Positions 1 to 9,015 of a stretch of DNA of 32,000 nt are shown here, one piece after another (position 1 is the stretch's first letter; each line of letters begins with the position of its first letter). The translations under genes were made by a program, and so were the position numbers. The notes below the pieces were generated by a model that saw nothing but the letters and a program-made list of their open reading frames with translations, was not told the origin of the DNA and searched no databases. Origin of the DNA: Limnobacter parvus (GTDB lineage: Bacteria; Pseudomonadota; Gammaproteobacteria; Burkholderiales; Burkholderiaceae_B); the NCBI RefSeq assembly GCF_024623725.1, contig NZ_JANKHG010000018.1:214602-246601 (forward strand). Reading direction: 5' to 3'.

Positions 1-1
1 A

Positions 2-1534
2 GAGCGCTTTAAATTGGCCATGGAGGGTTCGCACGATGGGTTGTGGGACTGGCATGTCGGCACTGACAAGGTGTATTTCTCGCCCAGTTGGAAAAGACTG
101 TTGGGCTATGAAGACCATGAGTTGACCAATGACTTCGGCACTTGGGAACGTTTGACAGCGCCAGACGACCTGGAACTGGCGAAAAAAGCACTTCACGACG
201 CCCTGAACAACCCTGAAAAGGACTCCTATGAAGCGGAGTTCCGCATGGCGCACAGGCGTGGGCATTGGGTTCATATTCTTGCCAAAGCATTGATTGTGCG
301 GGATGAAGAGGACAGACCGACCCGGGTGGTCGGCACTCACCTGGACCGCACCGTACAACTTGAACTTGAAAGCAGGTTGCGGGAAACCGCGATTGCTGCA
401 AAAGCAGAAAAAGACTCCAACGCCGAGAAAAGTCGCTTTTTGGCCACGATGAGCCATGAAATTCGCACGCCTCTAAATGGAATCATGGGTTTTGCGCGAT
501 TGCTGGAAATGGACCTTCCGGATGGGGAAATGAAGGAGCAAGCGGGGCACTTGGTGCAATCGTCTGAAACTTTGTCTGCGATCCTGAATGACATTTTGGA
601 CTTTTCCAAACTAGAGTCGGGCATGGTCAAAATAATTGACTCGCCATTTTTGATGGACCAGTTGCTCAAGGGAAGTTCTGAATTACCACGCCTGACTTGT
701 GAATCCAAAGGGGTCAAATTCGAACTTCACAACAACCTGGGTGAGCAACAGATTTATTCCGGCGATATGGGCAGGCTCCGCCAGATTTTACAAAATCTGC
801 TATCTAATGCGATCAAGTTCACTTCTCACGGCAAAGTAAGCCTAAAAGTCAGCAGCACGCCTGTTAATGCGGACCAAGACATGCTTACTTTTGAGGTAAG
901 TGACACTGGACTTGGCATTCCGAAAGACAAACAACACCAGCTGTTCAAACCATTTTCCCAAGTGCACACCGACCGCGAAAACCGATATGGTGGCACCGGG
1001 CTTGGCCTGTCGATTGTGAAAAGCCTGATCACGGCCATGGGCGGTGAAATTCAACTGGACTCCGAACCTGGCAAAGGCACCCAGGTGGTGTTTTCAGTCA
1101 CACTGAAACGCGAACAGGTGCTTACGAGTCTTAGTGCAGAGCGTATTTTGCCAACCCGATCACTTCATGTGCTGGTGGCAGACGACACGCCGTTGAACAT
1201 CAAATTGATCGAGACTTTCCTGAAAAAGGACGGGCACACAGTCAGCGTGGCCAAAAATGGTGCTGAAGCGCTAAAGATTGCCTTGTCTGAGCCCGTCGAT
1301 TTCATTCTATTGGACATCGACATGCCCAAGTTGAATGGATACGAGGTGGCCGAGCAGATTCGAGCCACAGACGGCCCGAATCAGGCACGAGAAATTGCCG
1401 CACTGACGGGTTATGCCTTTGACAGCGACATTCAAAAAGCGGAAGAGGCTGGCTTCAATTACCACTTTGCAAAACCGATTCAATTTAATTTGTTGCTAAA
1501 TCGATTGGCATTGAGCAGTCAGAATACGAAATGA
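2..1534 (+). CDS. Hybrid sensor histidine kinase/response regulator (PAS - HisKA - HATPase_c - REC); 5' end cut by the window edge
   Basis: The frame is open from nt 2 with no upstream stop, and the track start at 14 is only a TTG. PAS_3-like 'DGLWDWHVGTDKVYFSPSWKRLLGY'. H-box 'MSHEIRTPLNGI'. ATP-lid boxes 'DTGLGI' and 'GGTGLGLSI'. C-terminal receiver 'VLVADD...LLDIDMPKLNG...AKP'. Confidence 0.9.
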   Translation, partial: ERFKLAMEGSHDGLWDWHVGTDKVYFSPSWKRLLGYEDHELTNDFGTWERLTAPDDLELAKKALHDALNNPEKDSYEAEFRMAHRRGHWVHILAKALIVRDEEDRPTRVVGTHLDRTVQLELESRLRETAIAAKAEKDSNAEKSRFLATMSHEIRTPLNGIMGFARLLEMDLPDGEMKEQAGHLVQSSETLSAILNDILDFSKLESGMVKIIDSPFLMDQLLKGSSELPRLTCESKGVKFELHNNLGEQQIYSGDMGRLRQILQNLLSNAIKFTSHGKVSLKVSSTPVNADQDMLTFEVSDTGLGIPKDKQHQLFKPFSQVHTDRENRYGGTGLGLSIVKSLITAMGGEIQLDSEPGKGTQVVFSVTLKREQVLTSLSAERILPTRSLHVLVADDTPLNIKLIETFLKKDGHTVSVAKNGAEALKIALSEPVDFILLDIDMPKLNGYEVAEQIRATDGPNQAREIAALTGYAFDSDIQKAEEAGFNYHFAKPIQFNLLLNRLALSSQNTK

Positions 1535-1602
1535 TCACCCACATCGCGAAATGTGGTGCAAAATAGCGGGCTGTTGATTTTGATTCGAAAGTGGAGATTC
1601 AC

Positions 1603-2367
1603 ATGGAATTACTGATGGATCCAAACGTCTGGATCGCCTTTGCGATTTTGACGGCCTTGGAAATTGTTTTGGGCATTGACAACATTGTGTTCATTACAGT
1701 GTTGGTGTCCAAATTGCCTGCCGACATTCGCGACAAGGTTCGTCAGTTTGGCCTGATGTTCGCCATGGCCACACGCGTGGGTTTGCTGTTCTCGCTGTCA
1801 TGGATTATCGGTTTGACTGAACCCATGTTCGAAGTTGCGGGTAATCCAATTACGGGCAGGGACCTTGTTCTCTTCTTTGGTGGCTTGTTCCTGCTGTGGA
1901 AGGCATCCAAGGAAATTTACCTGGAAGTGGAAGCACCCCATCAGGTTACGGAAGAACTGGAAGCCGGCGCCGCCATCCAGAAGACTGGTGCCAAGCTGTT
2001 CTGGTACTCAATTGTCCAGATCGGTATTTTGGACATCGTGTTCAGCTTGGACTCGGTAATTACTGCGGTGGGCATGGCCGACGACATTGAAGTAATGATC
2101 GCCGCCGTGATGGTTGCTGTGGGTGTGATGATGGTTTTCGCCAAGTCAATTGGCGAATTCGTTGAGGCGCACACTTCAGTGAAAGTACTGGCACTGGCGT
2201 TTTTGATGATGGTGGGCATGCTGTTGGTGGCTGAGAGTTTTGGGCAGTCTGTCCCCAAGGCTTACCTGTACAGCGCCATGGGCTTCTCGCTGCTGGTTGA
2301 GTTGCTGAACCTGCGCTCCAAGGCCAAGCGCCAACGACTTGAGGCTTTGGCAAAAGCAAAAGCCTGA
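1603..2367 (+). CDS. TerC-family integral membrane protein
   Basis: Multi-TM protein with the TerC-type N-terminus 'ALEIVLGIDNIVFITVLV' and an internal repeat 'LDIVFSLDSVITAVG'. GGAG at 1593-1596 lies 6 nt before the ATG at 1603; the track ORF starts at a GTG at 1591. Confidence 0.85.
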   Translation: MELLMDPNVWIAFAILTALEIVLGIDNIVFITVLVSKLPADIRDKVRQFGLMFAMATRVGLLFSLSWIIGLTEPMFEVAGNPITGRDLVLFFGGLFLLWKASKEIYLEVEAPHQVTEELEAGAAIQKTGAKLFWYSIVQIGILDIVFSLDSVITAVGMADDIEVMIAAVMVAVGVMMVFAKSIGEFVEAHTSVKVLALAFLMMVGMLLVAESFGQSVPKAYLYSAMGFSLLVELLNLRSKAKRQRLEALAKAKA

Positions 2368-2388
2368 TTACTGCTGAAGTGAAATGAC

Positions 2389-2416
2389 AAAAAAGCCAGT
2401 GTAAACTGGCTTTTTT
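2389..2416 (+). terminator. Rho-independent terminator after the TerC gene
   Basis: Stem GCCAGT (2395-2400), loop GTAA, stem ACTGGC (2405-2410), then TTTTTT (2411-2416). A-rich left flank. Confidence 0.8.
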
Positions 2417-2456
2417 GTTTTCCGGATCCGGAAAAACGCATCAACAAGGTGAATTC

Positions 2457-3041
2457 ATGTTGTACCGAATTGCTTCCATCGCTGCCCTTTCAATGCTTGC
2501 CGTGCTTCCCGCGATTTCTGCTGCGCAAACTGGCTCGGACCCATGGGAAATCTGGAAACAGCCGGGGGTACACGCCATCATGCGACACGCCACGGCACCA
2601 GGCTATGGTGACCCCGATGGCTTTACCTTGGGCCAATGCAGTACCCAGCGAGACCTGAATAAGACAGGCCGTGAAGAAGCTCGGAGTTTGGGGAACGCCA
2701 TTCGCAGCAAAGGTATAAAACTGACTGCCGTTTATTCCAGCCAGTGGTGCCGGTGCTTGCACACGGCCAAAGAATTAAACCTGGGCAAAGCTCAAGAGTT
2801 GCCGGCATTGAATTCATTTTTTCAAGGTCGCGGCAGCAGCGCCGAACAAACTGCAGCTTTAAAGGAACATCTGGCCACCTTGAATCCCGACGACAAGGTG
2901 CTTTATGTCAGCCACCAGGTGAACACCACCGCATTGACCGGGATATATCCAAATTCCGGGGAGGTGGTGCTGTTCAAATTTTCCCCAAAAGGCCAGGTGA
3001 CCGTGCTTGGGCGGGTACAGGCCGAGAAGACTTCAAAATAA
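2457..3041 (+). CDS. Secreted histidine phosphatase superfamily protein (SixA / phosphoglycerate-mutase-like fold)
   Basis: Signal peptide 'MLYRIASIAALSMLAVLPAISAAQ'. Catalytic 'RHA' motif in 'AIMRHATAPGYGDP'. 'LNKTGREEARSLG' and 'VSHQV' are typical of branch-1 histidine phosphatases. The start at 2457 was chosen because the track start at 2415 lies inside the terminator. Confidence 0.75.
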   Translation: MLYRIASIAALSMLAVLPAISAAQTGSDPWEIWKQPGVHAIMRHATAPGYGDPDGFTLGQCSTQRDLNKTGREEARSLGNAIRSKGIKLTAVYSSQWCRCLHTAKELNLGKAQELPALNSFFQGRGSSAEQTAALKEHLATLNPDDKVLYVSHQVNTTALTGIYPNSGEVVLFKFSPKGQVTVLGRVQAEKTSK

Positions 3042-3092
3042 GCCCGGCGAGGCGCCAGCGGGCGTCTTAACAAAACTTAACTGCCAATACTT

Positions 3093-3119
3093 GAACTTAC
3101 CGCCCTCAATGGCCTCGAA
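3093..3119 (+). promoter_or_regulatory. Candidate ECF-sigma (sigmaE-like) promoter upstream of the fasciclin gene
   Basis: GAACTT (3093-3098), a 16-nt spacer, then TCGAA (3115-3119), about 78 nt upstream of the ATG at 3197. It resembles the E. coli sigmaE-type consensus GGAACTT-N16-TCAAA. Motif match only. Confidence 0.3.
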
Positions 3120-3196
3120 CTAACAACGATTCCGGTTTGTACACCGAAGCGTGTGGAAAATCTTGTAGTTTGAAATTCCAATTGGAGGTAATAATC

Positions 3197-3763
3197 ATGT
3201 TGAAGTCAAAATTCACAAAATCTGTGCTGTTGAGTGGTGTGGCTCTTTCTGCCGCGGCCTTTACCCTGCCAGCACAGGCCGATGTCATGGTGGGCGGAGC
3301 AGCAATGTATGCCAACAAAGACATTGTTGACAATGCTGTGAATTCGAAAGACCACACCACCCTGGTGGCAGCAGTGAAAGCTGCTGGCTTGGTTGATACA
3401 CTGAAAAGCAAGGGTCCATTTACAGTGTTCGCGCCCACCAACGACGCGTTTGCCAAGTTGCCCACGGGAACAGTGGACACACTATTGAAGCCTGAAAACA
3501 AAGCAGCCTTGCAAGGCGTGCTCACCTACCACGTGGTACCGGGCAAGATTTCAGCCGCTGACCTAAGCAATCTGATTGTGCAGGCCGGTGGCATGGTGAA
3601 AGTGAAAACCGCCGCTGGCGGATCGCTTGGTGCAATGCTAAACGGTGACAAAGTGTTGCTAATGGACGAAAAAGGCGGCACTGCCGAGGTCACGATTGCC
3701 AACGTTTACCAGTCCAACGGAGTGATTCACGTGGTCGACAGCGTTTTGCTCCCGAATTCGTAA
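3197..3763 (+). CDS. Secreted fasciclin (FAS1) domain protein
   Basis: Signal peptide 'MLKSKFTKSVLLSGVALSAAAFTLPAQA'. FAS1 signatures 'TVFAPTNDAFAKLP', 'LTYHVVPGK' and 'NGVIHVVDSVLLP'. GGAGG at 3184-3188 precedes the ATG at 3197. Confidence 0.9.
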   Translation: MLKSKFTKSVLLSGVALSAAAFTLPAQADVMVGGAAMYANKDIVDNAVNSKDHTTLVAAVKAAGLVDTLKSKGPFTVFAPTNDAFAKLPTGTVDTLLKPENKAALQGVLTYHVVPGKISAADLSNLIVQAGGMVKVKTAAGGSLGAMLNGDKVLLMDEKGGTAEVTIANVYQSNGVIHVVDSVLLPNS

Positions 3764-3800
3764 GCAATCGCTAGTCATCTCCATCACTGATTGCTGTTTT

Positions 3801-3828
3801 GGCGAACCTGACTGGTTCGCCTTTTTTT
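3801..3828 (+). terminator. Rho-independent terminator after the fasciclin gene; it overlaps the stop of the convergent EamA gene
   Basis: Stem GGCGAACC (3801-3808), loop tgact, stem GGTTCGCC (3814-3821), then TTTTTTT (3822-3828). Confidence 0.8.
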
Positions 3829-4702
3829 ATTTGGCCCGGGTAACCAGCACAATGCCCAGCACCACCGGCACAATGCCGATAAAGTCGATCCAGTTCAACG
3901 GCTCGTTTAACAACCAGGCGCCAGCCAGTAACCCCAGGGGCGGTGTCAGGAAAAACCACACACTGGCCGCGCTGGCGCTGCCGCGTTCAAGCAAGTTGAA
4001 CCACAGCTGATACCCCGTGATTGACACCACAACCACCAGCCAGGCAAACGCTGCTGCAAAGCTGGGTGTGAAGTTCACCATCGACAAATCTTCTGCCCAC
4101 AAAGCAACAGGTAACAGCAGCAAGCCACTGAGCATGATCTGAAACCCTGTGCCGGTCACTATGTCGGTGCGAACCGGCCATTTTTTGTACAGCACCGTGC
4201 CAAAAGCCAAGGTGAACAGAGCAGCCAGCACCAAGATAAAACCTTCAAGCGTGTCGGTGGTGCTGCCGATTCGATTGCGCACAATGAAAGCCACCCCCAG
4301 AAAACCCAAGGCAAGGCCGATTACCTTCTGGCGGGTCAACGGTTCGCGCAACAAAAATGAGGACAACAGAGCCACCACGATTGGGTTGGCGCTGATCAAG
4401 ATTGTGGACAGGCCTGAAGAAAGACTGCCCATGCCAGTCCAGCTTAAGCCCAGGTAAAGCGCATGGTTCAACAGGCCAAGGGCACTTAAAATACCCAGCT
4501 CAGCGAGGCTAAGCATTCGAAGGGTGCCGCGCCAGTGGGCCCAAGCCAGCATCAACAGGCCCGCCACCAAAAACCGAAAAGCCAAAAACAGCAAAGGTGG
4601 GCTGTCCAGAAGGCCAATTTTTGCCGCGGGAAATGCGCTGGTCCAGATCAGCACGAATGGCAGTGCCAATGAAGCGTTTCTCAAAAGAGGGGATTGATTC
4701 AT
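3827..4702 (-). CDS. EamA/DMT-superfamily transporter (10 TM)
   Basis: A 291-aa polytopic protein with two EamA-like halves, e.g. 'LIWTSAFPAAKIGL' and 'SVWFFLTPPLGLLAGAWLLNEPL'. Confidence 0.85.
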   Translation of the reverse strand: MNQSPLLRNASLALPFVLIWTSAFPAAKIGLLDSPPLLFLAFRFLVAGLLMLAWAHWRGTLRMLSLAELGILSALGLLNHALYLGLSWTGMGSLSSGLSTILISANPIVVALLSSFLLREPLTRQKVIGLALGFLGVAFIVRNRIGSTTDTLEGFILVLAALFTLAFGTVLYKKWPVRTDIVTGTGFQIMLSGLLLLPVALWAEDLSMVNFTPSFAAAFAWLVVVVSITGYQLWFNLLERGSASAASVWFFLTPPLGLLAGAWLLNEPLNWIDFIGIVPVVLGIVLVTRAK

Positions 4703-4775
4703 TTAGGAAAATCCAGTAATTGTGAGACATTGTAATCAGCGAATTCTTGCAACAAGCCGACGACCGGAGTTTTAG

Positions 4776-7700
4776 ATGCTCGAGCAGTTCCGAATAATCG
4801 TCGTGGATGATGAGAAGCCCCAACTTGAGGCCCTGTGTTCCTTACTTCAGGATGCGGGCTATTTTGTTGCGGGCTTTAGCGACCCCCAAACCGCTTTGAG
4901 GGCGCTGCAAACACAAAGTTTTGATGTGCTGCTAACCGACCTGCGCCTGCCGACGATGGATGGGATTGCACTGGTTCAGCAAGCACACCAGCTTGCCCCT
5001 GACTTAAGCGCGGTGCTGATGACTGGGCACGGAAGCCTGAAAACTGCTGTAGACGCAATGAAGCTGGGCGTACTCGATTACGTCTTGAAACCGTTCAAGG
5101 TGAGCGAATTGATGCCTGTGCTCCACAGGGCCATTGAGGTTCGCAAACTCAAACAACAGAACACCCGCTTAATACAGGATATTTCGGCCAGCAACACCCG
5201 CCTGGTGGAAATGAACCAGGAATTGGACCACTTCGCCGGGCGTGTTGCGCATGACTTGAACTCTTTGTGCCACATCATTCAAGGGTTTGCAGGCAGCTTG
5301 ACACGCCGTGCCCACAGCAAACTGGACGATCAAGAGCAACGTTACCTGCTGCGAATCAACGAAGCCAGTGCGCGTGGTGGGCAGTTGGTGTCGGATCTGC
5401 TGGCTTTCGCACGGCTGGGCACGGGCGAATTGAAATTTGACCAAGTGGCCTTGGACGAAGTGGTGGAAAAAGCCCGTTCACAAGTTGAGTCGGCTGAAGC
5501 TGTTCACCAAGTGGAATGGACGATTGCGAAGCTGCCAGACATTGAGGGGGATGAATCGTTGCTGGAACAGGTTTTCGTGAATCTGTTTTCGAATGCCCTG
5601 AAGTTTAGCCAGGCGAAAGAACCACCTTGTGTTGCCGTGGAAGCGAATGTCGACGATGATCACATCGAGATTCGAGTCATAGACAACGGTGCAGGCTTTG
5701 ACCCTGAACACGCAGATGAGATGTTCAAACCCTTTCAACGCCTGCACAATGCACATGATTTCGAGGGACATGGCATGGGCCTGGCCAATGTCTTCCGCAT
5801 CGTCGAACGGCACGGTGGGCAAATCAAGGCCACTTCAACACCAGGACAAGGCGCCACATTTTCAATCACCCTGCCCCTGCGGCAAAACCCGCAAGTGCCA
5901 TTCGTTGCGACCACACACAACGCCCTCAAACGACACACGGCAGAGGACCAGCTTCAGCGCAACGAGGCTTTGCAACGAATTGGGGGGCGACTGGCCAAGC
6001 TGGGTGCCTGGGCCATCGAACTGGGCACTGAACCACAGCTGTACTGGTCAGAGGAAATTTTCCGCATACTCGACATTCCAAGCGGGCAACTGCCGTCGTC
6101 TTACAAAGACGCTTTGCAGCACTACCATGGCAAATGGCAGGGCATTGTGCGGGCGGCACTGTTTAGGTGTTCAACTGAAGGGGTTCCATTTGAAATGGAG
6201 CCTGAAATGAGAACCGTGACAGGCCGACGAATCTGGGCACGTGTTGTGGGTGAAGCGGTACGTGACAGCAACGGTGCGATTACCCGAGTGCAAGGCGCAT
6301 TTCAGGACATTACAGAATCAAAGCAGGCGGCGCTCACCTTGATGCACATGAACCGCCTGCTGGAAGCGCAGCACCGCGTGAATGAAATTACCACCACTTT
6401 GGACAAACCAGAGCGATTGCTACAGGAAGTGTGCAATGTGTTTTGTTCGTTGGGCGGGCTTCCCTTGGCTTGGGTCTGTGAATTCGGGCACGATTTAAGC
6501 GACCTGAAAGTGACTGCGGCTGACGGCTCACAACAAGAGTTTGTGAACCGAATCATGTCGTCCACAACATTGCCGAATGACCACAATTTGGCCGACCGGC
6601 TGCGCGCCGGGAAAATGCATGTTTGCCAGAATGTGGCGGAAGAACCTCAAGCCAAAATGTGGCATCAGCAAGCCATTGCAGAAGGCTTGGAATCGTTCGT
6701 AATTCTGCCTGTTCATGCGCAAGGAAAACTTCACGCCAGCCTGGTTTTGTTTGGCGCGGGCGTTCATTTTTTTACAAACGAAGTGAAGCAACTGCTAAGA
6801 ACAGTCGGAAAAAATTTGTCGCTGGCACTTGAAAACCTGATGTTCGCTGAAGAGCGGGCACGCAGCGCAGAACGCCTGAACCTGCTCGAAACCTGTGTGG
6901 ACCGACTCAATGACATTGTGTTGATCACCGAAGCCGAACCCATCGGCGACGATGGCCCAAAAATTCTTTATGTGAACGAAGCCTTTGTGCGCCGCACCGG
7001 ATACACGCGAGAAGAAGCGATTGGAAAAACGCCACGCATTCTGCAAGGCGAACTGACTCAACGGGATGCCTTGGCCCGAATTCGGGCGGCCTTGGTGGAA
7101 TGGCGCCCCGTGCGGGAAGAATTAATCAATTACACCAAATCTGGAGAAATGTTCTGGCTGGAACTTGAGATCGTTCCCGTGGCTGACGAAACTGGCTGGT
7201 ACACCCACTGGGTTGCGATTGAACGGGACATTACAGAGCGAAAACAGGCTGAAGCGGCACTCAAAGAAGGATCCGAACGATTCCGCCTGCTGGCCAGCGC
7301 CGCCAAAGACTGCATCTGGGACTGGAACCTGGTCAGCGATGAAATATGGTGGAACGAAGGTTTTGAAAAATTGTTCGGCTTTGACCGCAGCAAGGTTGAA
7401 CCCAGCAATGACTCCTGGATTAACCGCATTCACCCGGAAGACAGGGACCGCGCGGTCAAGAGTATTTTTTCTGCCATCAATTCAGACGCAGAAAGTTGGC
7501 AAGATGAATACCGGTTTGCTCATGTGGAAGGTCACTGGCTTGATGTGATGGACCGTGGCTACGTGATTCGCAATGAACACGGCAAAGGCATTCGAATGAT
7601 TGGCGGCATGACGGACATGACCCACATTCGGCAAGCGGAACGGCGCAGCAACGCGCAATTGACCCGCATGAACCTGCTCAATGAAATTACGCGCGCGATT

Positions 7701-8918
7701 GGCAATCGCCACGACTTGGACAGCATTTACCAAGTGGTCACCAACAGCATTGAAAATGAATTGCCAGCCGATTTTTGCCTGACTGCGTCGTATTCGGAAA
7801 CAGACGGCACCATCACTTTCAGGTCACTGGGCAACCTAACCGGACGTGCCGCCAACAAGGTCGGCTTTTACCTGAATGAGTCCATTCCAGCCAAAGGCGC
7901 ACACCTGGACCGTGCGCTGCGCGGTGAATTTGTTTATCAACCCAACCTGGCTGGCAGTCGGTGCGCAACGGCCGAAAAAATGCATGCAGTGGCCAGCTTA
8001 AACAGCATGGTAATTGCACCCTTAATGAAGGGCAATAAAGTACTGGGTACAATTACCACCGCCCGCAAGGGGCTGGATGCATTTTCAAGCGATGAACTGG
8101 AGTTTTTAAGACAACTGGCCGAGCATGTGGCCCTGGCATTGGCTCAAACAGAATTGCTGCAAGAGCTTCAAGAGGCCTACCAGAATTTGAAGCGGACGCA
8201 ACAGCTTGTGCTTCAGCAAGAACGTCTGCGAGCTTTGGCTGAGATGGCGGGGGGCATTGCGCACGACATCAACAACGCCATTTCTCCAGTGGCTTTGTAT
8301 ACCGACGCATTGCTCGGCTCGGAAACCAATCTAAGCGACCGCGGGCGCAAGCAACTAAAAACCATTCAACTGGCCATTGATGATGTTGCAAGAACCATAG
8401 AACGAATGGGTCAATTTGCCCGGGGACAAGAAGAGGGTACTGCGCTGACTCGTGTGAATCTGGTTGAAATTTGCGAGCAGTCCATGGAACTTACCCAGGC
8501 CCGCTGGCAAGACATTCCACAGCGCAACGGCATCAACATTGAATTCAAAATTCAGCACGGGAGCAATGTACCGATGGTGGATGCATCAGAACCTGAATTG
8601 CGTGAAGCATTGACCAATTTGATTCTGAATGCAGTAGATGCAATGCCAACCGGGGGAATTTTGACCTTGTCGACCCGGCTGGAAAAACGCGCGGACCAGG
8701 AACAGGTCGTAATAGAAGTGCACGACACGGGCGTGGGCATGGATGAAGAAACCCGCAAACGTTGCCTGGAACCGTTTTATACCACCAAGGGCGAGCGGGG
8801 CACAGGCCTTGGGCTGGCCATGGTGTATGGCATTGTGAAACGCATGCGTGGACACATTGAAATAGAAAGTGAAGAAGAAAAGGGTTGTGCGGTGCAAATA
8901 TTGCTGCCCACCACTTAA
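4776..8918 (+). CDS. Multidomain sensor: REC - HisKA/HATPase_c - PAS - GAF - PAS - PAS - GAF - HisKA/HATPase_c (two complete kinase transmitter modules)
   Basis: One uninterrupted 1380-codon ORF. GGAG lies about 8 nt before the ATG. Receiver Asp55 in 'VLLTDLRLP' (nt 4938-4940). First H-box 'RVAHDLNS' with His159 (5250-5252), plus 'NLFSNALKFS', 'DNGAGFD' and 'GHGMGLANV'. PAS_3-type 'LYWSEEIFRILDIP' and 'DCIWDWNLVSDEIWWNEGFEKLFGF'. PAS 'ILYVNEAFVRRTGYTREEAIGKTPRILQG'. Second H-box 'GGIAHDINNAISPV' with His1163 (8262-8264), plus 'NLILNAVDAM', 'HDTGVGMD' and 'GTGLGLAMV'. Confidence 0.9.
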   Translation: MLEQFRIIVVDDEKPQLEALCSLLQDAGYFVAGFSDPQTALRALQTQSFDVLLTDLRLPTMDGIALVQQAHQLAPDLSAVLMTGHGSLKTAVDAMKLGVLDYVLKPFKVSELMPVLHRAIEVRKLKQQNTRLIQDISASNTRLVEMNQELDHFAGRVAHDLNSLCHIIQGFAGSLTRRAHSKLDDQEQRYLLRINEASARGGQLVSDLLAFARLGTGELKFDQVALDEVVEKARSQVESAEAVHQVEWTIAKLPDIEGDESLLEQVFVNLFSNALKFSQAKEPPCVAVEANVDDDHIEIRVIDNGAGFDPEHADEMFKPFQRLHNAHDFEGHGMGLANVFRIVERHGGQIKATSTPGQGATFSITLPLRQNPQVPFVATTHNALKRHTAEDQLQRNEALQRIGGRLAKLGAWAIELGTEPQLYWSEEIFRILDIPSGQLPSSYKDALQHYHGKWQGIVRAALFRCSTEGVPFEMEPEMRTVTGRRIWARVVGEAVRDSNGAITRVQGAFQDITESKQAALTLMHMNRLLEAQHRVNEITTTLDKPERLLQEVCNVFCSLGGLPLAWVCEFGHDLSDLKVTAADGSQQEFVNRIMSSTTLPNDHNLADRLRAGKMHVCQNVAEEPQAKMWHQQAIAEGLESFVILPVHAQGKLHASLVLFGAGVHFFTNEVKQLLRTVGKNLSLALENLMFAEERARSAERLNLLETCVDRLNDIVLITEAEPIGDDGPKILYVNEAFVRRTGYTREEAIGKTPRILQGELTQRDALARIRAALVEWRPVREELINYTKSGEMFWLELEIVPVADETGWYTHWVAIERDITERKQAEAALKEGSERFRLLASAAKDCIWDWNLVSDEIWWNEGFEKLFGFDRSKVEPSNDSWINRIHPEDRDRAVKSIFSAINSDAESWQDEYRFAHVEGHWLDVMDRGYVIRNEHGKGIRMIGGMTDMTHIRQAERRSNAQLTRMNLLNEITRAIGNRHDLDSIYQVVTNSIENELPADFCLTASYSETDGTITFRSLGNLTGRAANKVGFYLNESIPAKGAHLDRALRGEFVYQPNLAGSRCATAEKMHAVASLNSMVIAPLMKGNKVLGTITTARKGLDAFSSDELEFLRQLAEHVALALAQTELLQELQEAYQNLKRTQQLVLQQERLRALAEMAGGIAHDINNAISPVALYTDALLGSETNLSDRGRKQLKTIQLAIDDVARTIERMGQFARGQEEGTALTRVNLVEICEQSMELTQARWQDIPQRNGINIEFKIQHGSNVPMVDASEPELREALTNLILNAVDAMPTGGILTLSTRLEKRADQEQVVIEVHDTGVGMDEETRKRCLEPFYTTKGERGTGLGLAMVYGIVKRMRGHIEIESEEEKGCAVQILLPTT

Positions 8919-8953
8919 CAACAGATTGCCACACACAAGTTAATTCCATTTTC

Positions 8954-8965
8954 AGCTTCAATTCA
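8954..8965 (+). promoter_or_regulatory. 12-nt motif AGCTTCAATTCA upstream of the PepSY gene at 9016 (copy 1 of 2)
   Basis: An identical 12-mer occurs in the same orientation relative to the second PepSY gene (plus-strand 11661-11672, read on the minus strand). Confidence 0.4.
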
Positions 8966-9015
8966 TCTTGTTTTCCTAAACTGGCTACACATTGAACCCA
9001 CTCAGGAGAAATAAC

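Noticed and set aside
1535-1602. Possible yybP-ykoY (Mn) riboswitch or terminator in front of the TerC-family gene, including a hairpin at about 1536-1558.
   Set aside because: The gap is only about 68 nt, too short for the four-helix yybP-ykoY fold, and I could not see its conserved core. The hairpin is short, bulged and lacks a U-tract.
4718-4742. TAATTGT...ATTGTAAT elements in the divergent EamA/sensor-kinase promoter region, which superficially resemble the TTGTAAT half-site of the palindrome at 26110.
   Set aside because: They do not form an inverted repeat, the left half is not the complement of the right, and the spacing differs. The resemblance rests on a single AT-rich half-site.
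7023-7049. LOV-like motif 'GKTPRILQG' in the third sensory domain of the 1380-aa kinase, which could suggest a blue-light photoreceptor.
   Set aside because: The photoactive Cys of the LOV consensus GxNCRFLQ is replaced by Pro. This is the common non-photoactive PAS subtype, so no light-sensing claim is justified.
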